Positions 8,711 through 16,537 of a stretch of DNA of 32,000 nucleotides are shown here, one piece after another; the stretch's first letter is position 1; each line of letters opens with the position of its first letter. The DNA is from Tannockella kyphosi. GTDB lineage: Bacteria; Bacillota_I; Bacilli_A; Erysipelotrichales; Coprobacillaceae. The position numbers were made by a program, and so were the translations under genes. The notes under the pieces were generated by a model. The model was not told the DNA's origin, did no database searches, and saw nothing but the letters and a program-made list of their open reading frames with translations. The DNA is taken from NCBI RefSeq assembly GCF_021054785.1, contig NZ_CP088239.1:270001-302000 (forward strand). Reading direction: 5' to 3'.

Positions 8711-9344
8711 TAAAAAAACAATTATCCAAGCGTTAATTGTTGCTTTCTTTATTATTACGGGAGCTATCGTGTTTACTGTTTTTTTTAAACCTTTATATTA
8801 TTATTGTGTAGATGCTTTTTCTATTGATGTACTAACAGGGATAGATAGAAATGTAATTATTGAAAATTATAATATTTTAATACAATATCAATCCATGTTT
8901 TATTTTGGTGCATTAGAATTACCTGATTTTGTGATGTCTTCAGGAGGGGAAATTCATTTTGAAGAAGTAAAGAATCTTTTTATTGTTATCCAATTAGTTT
9001 GTATTGTTACAGGTATATTAGCTATTCGTTTCATATATAAGGCAATAAAGACAGGAGAAATTTTATTTTTAAAGCTTGCTAGTAAACTATCGATTATTAT
9101 CCCAGTAGTATTAGGGGGAGTTTGTATGATTGATTTTGATAAAGCTTTTATTATTTTTCATAAGATATTCTTCCGTAATGATTATTGGATTTTTGATGCA
9201 ACAACGGATCCAATTATTACTATCTTACCCCAAGACTTCTTTATGTATGGATTTATTTGTATAGTCACTCTCATATTATGTGGTTCTGGGTTATGTTTTT
9301 TAGCATATAAAAGACAGGAAAAAGTAATATTAACAAGTGAATAA
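8700..9344 (+). CDS. TIGR01906/DUF1461-type integral membrane protein (family of lipoprotein intramolecular transacylase Lit)
   Basis: Polytopic membrane protein of 214 aa with FHKIFFRNDYWIFD...DPIITILPQDFF, which I recognise as the conserved core of DUF1461/Lit. It overlaps trmL by 11 nt. Confidence 0.5.
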   Translation: MNYNKKTIIQALIVAFFIITGAIVFTVFFKPLYYYCVDAFSIDVLTGIDRNVIIENYNILIQYQSMFYFGALELPDFVMSSGGEIHFEEVKNLFIVIQLVCIVTGILAIRFIYKAIKTGEILFLKLASKLSIIIPVVLGGVCMIDFDKAFIIFHKIFFRNDYWIFDATTDPIITILPQDFFMYGFICIVTLILCGSGLCFLAYKRQEKVILTSE

Positions 9345-9356
9345 GAATTAGCACAG

Positions 9357-9386
9357 AAACCCTTGTTTTACAAGGGTTTTTCTTTA
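9357..9386 (+). terminator. Intrinsic terminator ending the aroE-rdgB-trmL-lit-like unit
   Basis: AAACCCTTG (9357-9365) pairs with CAAGGGTTT (9371-9379) around loop TTTTA. A T-rich tail follows. Confidence 0.7.
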
Positions 9387-9418
9387 TGTGAAAAAATTAA
9401 TTATTGGTGCCAAAAACA

Positions 9419-9447
9419 TTGATTTATAGAAGGAATAGGTATATAGT
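9419..9447 (+). promoter_or_regulatory. Candidate sigma-A promoter of the alcohol dehydrogenase gene
   Basis: TTGATT (9419-9424), 17-nt spacer, TATAGT (9442-9447). It lies 43 nt upstream of the ATG; SD is AGGAGG. Confidence 0.4.
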
Positions 9448-9489
9448 AATAATGTAAGAGGTTTCACACAAGAAAGAGGAGGAAGAATT

Positions 9490-10665
9490 ATGCAAAGATT
9501 TACATTACCTAGAGATTTATATTTTGGAGAAAATGCATTAGATTATTTAAAAACTTTAGAAGGTTCTAAAGCTGTAATAGTAATAGGTGGAGGATCTATG
9601 AAACGCTTTGGTTTCTTAGATAAAGCACTAAAAAACTTAGAAGAAGCAAATATTGAAGTAAAATTAATTGAAGATGTAGAACCAGATCCATCAGTAGAAA
9701 CAGTTATGAAAGGTGCAGAAGTAATGCGTGAATTTAATCCTGATTGGATTATTTCTATGGGTGGAGGATCACCAATAGATGCAGCAAAAGCAATGTGGGT
9801 TTTCTATGAATATCCAGAAGCTACTTTTGAAGAAATATGTGTACCATTTTCATTCCCTAAATTAAGAAAGAAAGCTAAATTTATTGCTATTCCATCAACA
9901 TCAGGAACTGCAACAGAAGTAACAGCATTCTCTGTTATTACTAATTATGCAACTGGAGTAAAATGGCCTTTAGCAGATTTTGAAATTACACCAGATGTTG
10001 CTATTGTTGATCCGAGTTTAGCAGAAACAATGCCTGCTACTTTAACTGCTCATACAGGTATGGATGCTTTAACTCATGCTATTGAAGCATATGTTGGTTT
10101 AACACATCAACCATTTACTGATCCATTAGCTTTAGAAGCAATTAAAATAGTATTTGATTGTTTAAAAGATTCTTATGGAGGAGACAAAGATGCTAGAGAA
10201 ATGATGCATTATGGTCAATGTATGGCAGGGATGGCTTTCTCTAATGCACTATTAGGTATTGTTCATTCAATGGCACATAAAACTGGAGCTGCTTTTAGTA
10301 CAGGACATATCCCACATGGTTGTGCAAACGCTATTTATTTACCATATGTAATTAAATATAATGCAAAAGCAGATGCTTCTAGATATGCAGCTATTTCTCG
10401 TTTCTTAGGATTAGAAGGAGAATGTGATGAATGTTTAGTAGATTCATTATGTGATAAGATTAATGAATATAATATTTATTTAGGAATTCCTAAATCAATG
10501 CAAGAATTTGGTATTTTAGAAGATGAATTCTTAGCAAAAGTTGATAATATTGCTGATTTAGCAATCGGAGATGCTTGTACAGGTACAAACCCTCGTACAC
10601 CAACTCATGATGAAATGGTTAAATTATTAACTTGCTGTTATTATGGAACAAGTGTTGAATTTTAA
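9490..10665 (+). CDS. Iron-containing (group III) alcohol dehydrogenase
   Basis: GGGSPIDAAKA is the NAD-binding motif. Metal-binding histidine clusters are AHTGMDALTHAIEAY and VHSMAHKTG. Substrate (propanediol, butanol or lactaldehyde) cannot be assigned from sequence alone. Confidence 0.85.
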   Translation: MQRFTLPRDLYFGENALDYLKTLEGSKAVIVIGGGSMKRFGFLDKALKNLEEANIEVKLIEDVEPDPSVETVMKGAEVMREFNPDWIISMGGGSPIDAAKAMWVFYEYPEATFEEICVPFSFPKLRKKAKFIAIPSTSGTATEVTAFSVITNYATGVKWPLADFEITPDVAIVDPSLAETMPATLTAHTGMDALTHAIEAYVGLTHQPFTDPLALEAIKIVFDCLKDSYGGDKDAREMMHYGQCMAGMAFSNALLGIVHSMAHKTGAAFSTGHIPHGCANAIYLPYVIKYNAKADASRYAAISRFLGLEGECDECLVDSLCDKINEYNIYLGIPKSMQEFGILEDEFLAKVDNIADLAIGDACTGTNPRTPTHDEMVKLLTCCYYGTSVEF

Positions 10666-10667
10666 CT

Positions 10668-10693
10668 AAAAAAAAAGCCGAAAGGCTTTTTTT
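10668..10693. terminator. Bidirectional intrinsic terminator between the convergent adh and rubrerythrin genes
   Basis: AAAAAAAAAGCC-GAAA-GGCTTTTTTT: a GC core with an A9 run on one side and a T7 run on the other, so it is functional on either strand. Confidence 0.8.
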
Positions 10694-10694
10694 A

Positions 10695-11282
10695 TTATCC
10701 TAAGAAGAATGTGTTTACTTCAAAGTGAGCAGTTGGATGATCACATGCTGGACAAACAACTGGTGCTTCTAATCCTTCATAGATAAATCCACAGTTATTA
10801 CATTTCCAAACAACAGGTTGTTCTTTTTTAAATACTGTTGCATTTTCTAATGTTTCTAATAGTTTTAAGAAACGTGCTTCATGATGTTTTTCTGCAATGG
10901 CAATTGATTCAAAAATTGTTGCAATTTCTGTAAATCCTTCTTCTCTTGCAGTTTTTGCAAAACTAGGATACATATCAGTATATTCTTCGTTTTCACCTTG
11001 AGCAGATGCTTTTAAGTTTTGGGCAGTGTTTCCGATTAATACTGGGAAATTACCATCCACATAAACTAATTCTCCTTGGCAATCTGCATTCGCAAGTTTC
11101 ATTAATCTTTTTGCATGTTCTTTTTCTTGATCTGCAGTTTCTAAGAAGATATTTTGAACTTGAACAAAACCTTCTTTTTTAGCTACTGAAGCATAGAATG
11201 TATAACGATTTCTAGCTTGAGACTCCCCAGCAAATGCATGCATGATATTACTTAATGTTTTTGATCCTTTTAAACTTTCCAT
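10695..11282 (-). CDS. rbr: Rubrerythrin
   Basis: Di-iron ExxH pairs ([17 protein letters not shown]) plus a C-terminal rubredoxin-like CNNCG...CPAC. Start moved to MESLKGSK (ATG 11282) behind AAGGAGGG. Confidence 0.9.
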   Translation of the reverse strand: MESLKGSKTLSNIMHAFAGESQARNRYTFYASVAKKEGFVQVQNIFLETADQEKEHAKRLMKLANADCQGELVYVDGNFPVLIGNTAQNLKASAQGENEEYTDMYPSFAKTAREEGFTEIATIFESIAIAEKHHEARFLKLLETLENATVFKKEQPVVWKCNNCGFIYEGLEAPVVCPACDHPTAHFEVNTFFLG

Positions 11283-11295
11283 TTTAAAACCCTCC

Positions 11296-11664
11296 TTATT
11301 TTTCTTGGCAAGCATTACAGATACCATGGTATACTACTTCTACAGTTTCTACACTATGTTCGATGTTTTCATTTTGAAATGTAGAAATTTCAATATCATA
11401 AATAGAATGACATTTTTTACAAACAAAATGATGATGATTGGCCATATTTGCATCATAATGAACAATTTGATCAGAAAAACTAATTTTTCTTACTTGTCCA
11501 TTGTCACATAGTACTTGTAGGTTTCGATATACCGTACCAAGGGAAATAGTAGGCATTGTTTTTTTAATGTCCGTATAAATGACATCAGCACTAGGATGAT
11601 CTATTCTAGACTGCAAATTTCCTAAAATAGCTGCACGTTGTGATGAATACCTTGATGTTGCCAT
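11296..11664 (-). CDS. perR: Fur-family transcriptional regulator, PerR-like
   Basis: DNA-binding helix [19 protein letters not shown], and a second CxxC (CNAC) forming the structural Zn site. It lies 13 nt upstream of rubrerythrin, the classic peroxide-stress pairing. Confidence 0.75.
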   Translation of the reverse strand: MATSRYSSQRAAILGNLQSRIDHPSADVIYTDIKKTMPTISLGTVYRNLQVLCDNGQVRKISFSDQIVHYDANMANHHHFVCKKCHSIYDIEISTFQNENIEHSVETVEVVYHGICNACQEK

Positions 11665-11678
11665 ATAATTTCTCCTTA

Positions 11679-11728
11679 ATAGTAATGATTCCTATTACTA
11701 TAATAACACTAGAATAGAAAAGAGTCAA
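11679..11728 (-). promoter_or_regulatory. Candidate perR-rbr promoter with overlapping palindromic operator
   Basis: In minus sense: TTGACT (11728-11723), 17-nt spacer, TATTAT (11705-11700). It is immediately followed by the perfect inverted repeat ATAGTAAT-N7-ATTACTAT (11701-11679), which covers the predicted transcription start. Confidence 0.45.
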
Positions 11729-12626
11729 ATAAAATCAAACATAAAATAAAAGAAAATATCCCATGATATACTCTTGCAAAAAAATATGTTTTCCAACTAT
11801 AGGGTATTCCTTCTAATAAATTATCCATTTGCATCATCACACTAATACTTCCAAAAGATAATAAAAAACAAATAGCTGCATAAACAATAGGACTAGGATC
11901 TAAACTACTCAGTTGTAAAGCACCACTACTAAACTCCAAAAGACCTTGTATAAAAGATAATATAAAAGGATCTTTTATTAAAAAAGATAAAGCATAACCA
12001 ATAAATTGAAAAACTAACATATATCCTAATATAAAAATAAAAGTATAACAAGAACTCAATAAACTTTGTTTTAAAGCAGAAACAAAACTAACTTTTGGTG
12101 TATTGATTATTTCAAATGACTGTTTTAGTGTTTGGAAAGTCTGTTTTTGACGATAACAAAGAGCTAAAAATATACTAGGTAAAATATGACATACATAAAG
12201 AAGGAATGCATGGTCTATTTTTAAAGAAACAAAAATAAAAGAAAGAGATGCAAAAGAACCAATTGATAAAAGATGTTGTAATTGAGATAAGCTAATATGT
12301 TTTAAAAGATAGGCTTCTTTGATTATTTTAATATTCGTTGGATAACCACAAAAGAAAGTGAGAAAGTATATGGATGACATAGTTGGGGAAAGATGGAATA
12401 AAGGAAGAAATAAATACTGGATTAAATAGCTAAATAATTGTACAATACCTAATGACATACATAAGGATATTAAAATCATAAAAGGTAATAATGAGGGTAA
12501 TAAGTTATCAATGACAATTGTTAGTACAGTAGATGATAATTGAACTATTTGGAACATATTAAAAAAAGAGAAAAAAGTAATGAATATAACTAAACTTATT
12601 GTAAAGTAGTAATTTATTTTTTTCAT
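11709..12626 (-). CDS. Polytopic membrane protein, YlbJ-like nucleoside-recognition (Gate) domain family
   Basis: NLLPSLLPFMILISL...LFLPLFHL...FFCGYPTNIKI resembles the conserved PSLLPFF / PLF / SGYP-GAK blocks of YlbJ. Start set at MKKINYY (ATG 12626) behind GGAGAC. The 165-nt track extension overlaps hflX and has no SD. Confidence 0.5.
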   Translation of the reverse strand: MKKINYYFTISLVIFITFFSFFNMFQIVQLSSTVLTIVIDNLLPSLLPFMILISLCMSLGIVQLFSYLIQYLFLPLFHLSPTMSSIYFLTFFCGYPTNIKIIKEAYLLKHISLSQLQHLLSIGSFASLSFIFVSLKIDHAFLLYVCHILPSIFLALCYRQKQTFQTLKQSFEIINTPKVSFVSALKQSLLSSCYTFIFILGYMLVFQFIGYALSFLIKDPFILSFIQGLLEFSSGALQLSSLDPSPIVYAAICFLLSFGSISVMMQMDNLLEGIPYSWKTYFFARVYHGIFSFILCLILFDSFLF

Positions 12627-12684
12627 AAGTCTCCTTGTAGATAAATAAAGTAAATTCGTGTAAAATAAGCAAGAGGGTGAATAA

Positions 12685-13911
12685 ATGAACGCATTAATAG
12701 TAACAGTAACATATAAATATATGGCATATGATAGTATCAAATCAAAAGAAGAACTTATTTCACTAGCTAATGCTTGTGACATTACAGTCACGAAAGAAGC
12801 TAGTCAAAATTTAGATGCTATTTCCCCAAGTACTTTTGTAGGCTCAGGGAAGTTAGCAGAAATTAAAAATCAATTAACAAATATTGATGTTGTTATTTTT
12901 GATGAAGAATTATCGCCATTACAAATAAAAAATATAACTGATATTTTAGAAATAGAAGTAACAGATCGAACGGACTTAATCCTTCGTATCTTTGAACAAA
13001 GAGCAAAAACCAAAGAAGCAAAGCTACAGGTTAAAATAGCAAAATGTCGATATATGCTACCAAGATTAGCTGGGATGCAAGAACAATTATACGGACAGTT
13101 AGGTGGTTCAGGGTTTAGAGGTAGTGGAGAAAAGAAAATCGAACTTGATCGAAGGGTCTTGCATAACCAATTGCATCAAGCAAATAAAGAATTAGAGAAA
13201 ATTGTGAAACAAAGACAAACACAAAGAAAACAAAGAAAAGATAAAGATAATAAAGTCATTGCACTAGTAGGATATACAAATAGTGGAAAGTCATCACTAT
13301 TAAATAATTTATGCGAAAACAAAGAAAAACATGTCTTACAAAAAGATATGTTATTTGCAACCCTAGAAACAGCAACAAGAAAATGTAAAATAGAAAATCA
13401 TACTTGTTTAGTTAGTGATACGGTAGGATTTATAGACCGTCTACCACATCATTTAATTCAAGCCTTTCGTTCTACCTTAGAAGAAGTAAAAGAAGCAGAT
13501 ATATTAGTTCACGTAGTTGATTCTTCTAATGAACAATGGGAAAAACAAATACAAACAACAAATATGGTACTAAAAGTATTACAAGCAGATAACATTCCCG
13601 TTATTTATGCATATAATAAAGTGGATAAAGATAAATATGCTTTTATTCAAGCATATGAACCAAGTGTATTTATCTCTGTAAAAGAGAATATAAATATAGA
13701 TTTATTAAAAAAAGAAATCGTTACTATTTTATTTAAAGAATATACTGTTTATGATTTACAAATTCCTTATGAAAAAGGAGATGTATATTCTTATTTACAA
13801 CAACATGCAAATGTACTAGATGTTCAATATGGTCAAAACGCTATTTTTGTAAAAGTAGAAGAACATCCTAGTAAAATGAAAGAATTTTTGCAATATAGAA
13901 TACAACATTAG
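12685..13911 (+). CDS. hflX: GTPase HflX
   Basis: An HflX N-domain is followed by G1 GYTNSGKSSLLN, G3 DTVGFI and G4 NKVD. SD is AGAGGGTGA. Confidence 0.9.
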   Translation: MNALIVTVTYKYMAYDSIKSKEELISLANACDITVTKEASQNLDAISPSTFVGSGKLAEIKNQLTNIDVVIFDEELSPLQIKNITDILEIEVTDRTDLILRIFEQRAKTKEAKLQVKIAKCRYMLPRLAGMQEQLYGQLGGSGFRGSGEKKIELDRRVLHNQLHQANKELEKIVKQRQTQRKQRKDKDNKVIALVGYTNSGKSSLLNNLCENKEKHVLQKDMLFATLETATRKCKIENHTCLVSDTVGFIDRLPHHLIQAFRSTLEEVKEADILVHVVDSSNEQWEKQIQTTNMVLKVLQADNIPVIYAYNKVDKDKYAFIQAYEPSVFISVKENINIDLLKKEIVTILFKEYTVYDLQIPYEKGDVYSYLQQHANVLDVQYGQNAIFVKVEEHPSKMKEFLQYRIQH

Positions 13912-13921
13912 GAGATAACTT

Positions 13922-14110
13922 ATGGCAGACAAGAAAATATATCATTTAGAATTATCAATTGCTTTAGAAGCAGACAATTTAGAAAATGCATATCAGGCAC
14001 TTATTAGTGATCAAACACATGAACAAATCAAGGATATGCTTGTTCATTCTAAAGATCGTATTAAAGAAGTTTTGATAGAAGATACAGAAGAAGTATCGAT
14101 ACTCAATTAA
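13922..14110 (+). CDS. Hypothetical small acidic protein (62 aa)
   Basis: ATG lies 10 nt after the hflX stop behind AGGAG. The protein has no TM segment and is acidic. I recognise no family. Confidence 0.4.
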   Translation: MADKKIYHLELSIALEADNLENAYQALISDQTHEQIKDMLVHSKDRIKEVLIEDTEEVSILN

Positions 14111-14111
14111 T

Positions 14112-14140
14112 TTGATTATCGACTCTTTTTTTGTTAAAAT
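14112..14140 (+). promoter_or_regulatory. Candidate promoter of argF-murE
   Basis: TTGATT (14112-14117), 17-nt spacer, TAAAAT (14135-14140). It lies 24 nt upstream of the argF ATG; SD is GAGGGGG. Confidence 0.35.
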
Positions 14141-14164
14141 AAAGGAATGTGAGGGGGATATATT

Positions 14165-15154
14165 ATGAATTTAGTGAACAGAAGTTTTTTAACATTAGCG
14201 GATTATTCAAAGGAAGAGATTCGTTATTTATTAGATTTAAGTCATCAATTAAAAGCAAAGAAAAAAAGTGGGGAAGTAGGTCAATTATTAAGAGGAAAAA
14301 ATGTAGTTTTATTATTTGATAAGTCTTCTACTAGAACACGTTGTGCTTTTGAAGTAGGTGCAAATGATGAAGGAGCAAATGTTACATTTTTAACAAATTC
14401 TCAAATAAATAAAAAAGAATCATTAGAAGATAGTGCTAGAGTACTTGGAAGAATGTATGATGGTATTGAATATCGTGGTTTTGATCAAAAGGTAGTGGAG
14501 GATTTAGCAAAATATGCTGGAGTTCCAGTATGGAATGGATTAACTGATGTGGATCATCCAACCCAAGTATTAGCTGATTTTATGACAATGGAAGAACACA
14601 TGGATAAACCTTTAGAACAAAGTAAGTTTGTCTTTGTAGGAGATTTAAGTGATAATGTTATGTATGCTTTAATGTTGGGATGTGCAAAAATGGGAATGGA
14701 ATTTGTTGCAATTGGACCAGAATTAACGGTAACAGACAAAGAAATACTTGAAAAATCATTGGCTTTTGCAAGTGAATCAGGTGCTAGTATTACAATTAGC
14801 CATGATGTGTCAGATGTAAAAGGAGCAGATGTTATTTATACGGATATATGGGTATCAATGGGAGAAGCGGAATCATTATATGCGGTTCGAACAAAAGCCT
14901 TAACACCTTATAAAATAACAGAAGAATTAATGAATAAAACAAACAATCCAGCTTGTTTATTTATGCACTGTCTACCAGCTTATCATGATTTCGAAACAGA
15001 AGTAGCGTGTGATATGCGTGATCGTTTTGGATTAGATATTCGTGAAGTAGAGGATCGTGTTTTCCGTAGTGAAAATTCTGTTGTTTTTGATGAAGCGGAA
15101 AATAGAATGCATACTATTAAAGCAGTAATGGTTGCAACATTAGTAGAATTATAA
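14165..15154 (+). CDS. argF: Ornithine carbamoyltransferase
   Basis: STRTRCAFE (carbamoyl-phosphate site), HPTQVLAD, DIWVSMGE and HCLPAYH are present. Confidence 0.85.
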   Translation: MNLVNRSFLTLADYSKEEIRYLLDLSHQLKAKKKSGEVGQLLRGKNVVLLFDKSSTRTRCAFEVGANDEGANVTFLTNSQINKKESLEDSARVLGRMYDGIEYRGFDQKVVEDLAKYAGVPVWNGLTDVDHPTQVLADFMTMEEHMDKPLEQSKFVFVGDLSDNVMYALMLGCAKMGMEFVAIGPELTVTDKEILEKSLAFASESGASITISHDVSDVKGADVIYTDIWVSMGEAESLYAVRTKALTPYKITEELMNKTNNPACLFMHCLPAYHDFETEVACDMRDRFGLDIREVEDRVFRSENSVVFDEAENRMHTIKAVMVATLVEL

Positions 15155-15187
15155 GGAAGGAAAAGTGTTTTTACACTTGTAATAGTT

Positions 15188-16537
15188 ATGAAAACAATTC
15201 AAATAGATTCAAGAAAAATAAAACCGGGAGATATTTTTGTAGCATTAAAAGGACAATTAGTAGATGGACATGATTTTTTAGAACAGGCTCATCAAAATGG
15301 AGCTAGTTTATTGGTTGTAGAACATCCCTGTAACTATCCAAATGTGCAAGTAGTAGCAGATACAAAAGCATATTTAGATGACTATCTAGCAAGTAATTAT
15401 GCGGATTTGTTAAAGGATCTAAAAGTTATTGGAATAACAGGAACAAATGGAAAAACAACGACTTGTGCTATTATTTATCAATTATTAAATGCAATTGGTA
15501 TTCCTTGTGCTATGTTTGGTACCATTGGATATGAAAGTCCTAAAAGCAAAGAAGAAACAATTAATACGACTCCAGATATTATTACTATTTATTCTTTCTT
15601 ATTAAAAGCAAAAGAAGAAGGCTGTAAAGTAGTTGCTATGGAAGTAAGTTCTCATGGTTTACACCAAGGTCGTATAGGAAAATTACAGTTCGATGGAGCA
15701 GGTTTTACTAACTTAACATTAGATCACTTAGATTATCATAAAACAATGGATACATATGCTAGTCATAAAGCAATTGTATTAGATCATTTAAAACCAAATG
15801 GAAAATGTCTTTATAACAATGATGATGCTTATAAAAGTTATTTTCAAAAAGAAAATAACCTTGGTTATGGAATGAGTGAATGTGCTTATCAAATCTTATC
15901 AATGCAAACAATAGGTCAAACTACTACGGTTTGTTTCCAACATAACCAAAAAGAATATGTAGCAACAGTGGATATGTTAGGTAAATATAATATTTATAAC
16001 TTTATGCAAGCCATTAGTTGTTTACATGAAGTAGGTTATGACTTAGAAATGATGTGTAAACACGCAAATAAAGTATGTACACCAGAAGGAAGAATGAATG
16101 TATATAAACTAAAAAAAGGATATGCAGTCATTGATTATGCACATACCCCTAATGCAGTAGAAAATATTTTACAGACGTTTTGTGAGTTAGAAGGAAAGAA
16201 AATTATTACCGTTATTGGTTGTGGTGGTGATCGTGATAATTCAAAACGCCCAATTATGGCAGAACTTGTTACTAAATATAGTGATTATTCGATTCTTACA
16301 ATGGATAACCCACGTTGTGAAGATGTGGAAGATATTCTTGATCAAATGGAAAAGGGTTGTTCAAATAAAAATTATGAACGTATAAGTGATCGTTCTCTAG
16401 CAATAAAAAAAGCAATTAGTATGGCAGATGAAGATACCTATGTTTTGCTTTTAGGGAAAGGTCATGAAGATTATATAGAAACAAACAAAATAAAAACCCC
16501 CTACAGTGATGCAGGGGAAGTGAAGAAGTATCAATAA
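15188..16537 (+). CDS. murE: UDP-MurNAc-L-Ala-D-Glu:meso-diaminopimelate ligase (MurE)
   Basis: IDSRKIKPGDIFVALKG, GITGTNGKTTT, MEVSSHGL, FTNLTLDHLDYH, IDYAHTPNA and GCGGDRDNSKRP are present. The DNPR motif (LTMDNPRCED) is, by established MurE work, characteristic of DAP-adding rather than Lys-adding enzymes. There is no obvious SD. The protein is about 20-40 aa shorter at the N-terminus than typical MurE. Confidence 0.85.
   Translation: MKTIQIDSRKIKPGDIFVALKGQLVDGHDFLEQAHQNGASLLVVEHPCNYPNVQVVADTKAYLDDYLASNYADLLKDLKVIGITGTNGKTTTCAIIYQLLNAIGIPCAMFGTIGYESPKSKEETINTTPDIITIYSFLLKAKEEGCKVVAMEVSSHGLHQGRIGKLQFDGAGFTNLTLDHLDYHKTMDTYASHKAIVLDHLKPNGKCLYNNDDAYKSYFQKENNLGYGMSECAYQILSMQTIGQTTTVCFQHNQKEYVATVDMLGKYNIYNFMQAISCLHEVGYDLEMMCKHANKVCTPEGRMNVYKLKKGYAVIDYAHTPNAVENILQTFCELEGKKIITVIGCGGDRDNSKRPIMAELVTKYSDYSILTMDNPRCEDVEDILDQMEKGCSNKNYERISDRSLAIKKAISMADEDTYVLLLGKGHEDYIETNKIKTPYSDAGEVKKYQ
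16492..16517 (-). terminator. Candidate argH terminator embedded in the murE 3' coding region
   Basis: CCCCTACA (16498-16505) pairs with TGCAGGGG (16510-16517) at 7 of 8 positions around loop GTGA. On the minus strand it is followed by TTTTTATTTTGTTTG. It begins 14 nt past the argH stop. Confidence 0.45.

Noticed and set aside
9386-9403. Rex-like operator ATGTGAA-AAAA-TTAATTA upstream of the alcohol dehydrogenase promoter
   Set aside because: It is only an approximate match (about 11 of 14 positions) to the clostridial Rex consensus TTGTTAA-N4-TTAACAA as I remember it. It lies upstream of the -35 rather than over the promoter, and such A/T-rich near-matches are expected by chance.
11242-11511. 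89-aa plus-strand ORF from the track
   Set aside because: It is antisense to the rubrerythrin start and to perR. It is a hydrophobic, low-complexity shadow frame.
12627-12791. 55-codon N-terminal extension of the YlbJ-like ORF in the track (start 12791)
   Set aside because: The extension overlaps the divergent hflX coding region by 107 nt and has no SD. The internal ATG at 12626 has GGAGAC upstream and begins with a typical MKK + TM segment.
14111-14164. Search for ArgR/AhrC ARG boxes (TGAAT-N4-ATTCA-like) upstream of argF, and likewise in 19188-19330 upstream of argG
   Set aside because: I found no convincing palindrome of that type by eye. The absence cannot be proven without a position-weight-matrix scan.
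14554-14739. 61-aa minus-strand ORF from the track
   Set aside because: It is antisense inside argF, which is confidently identified.
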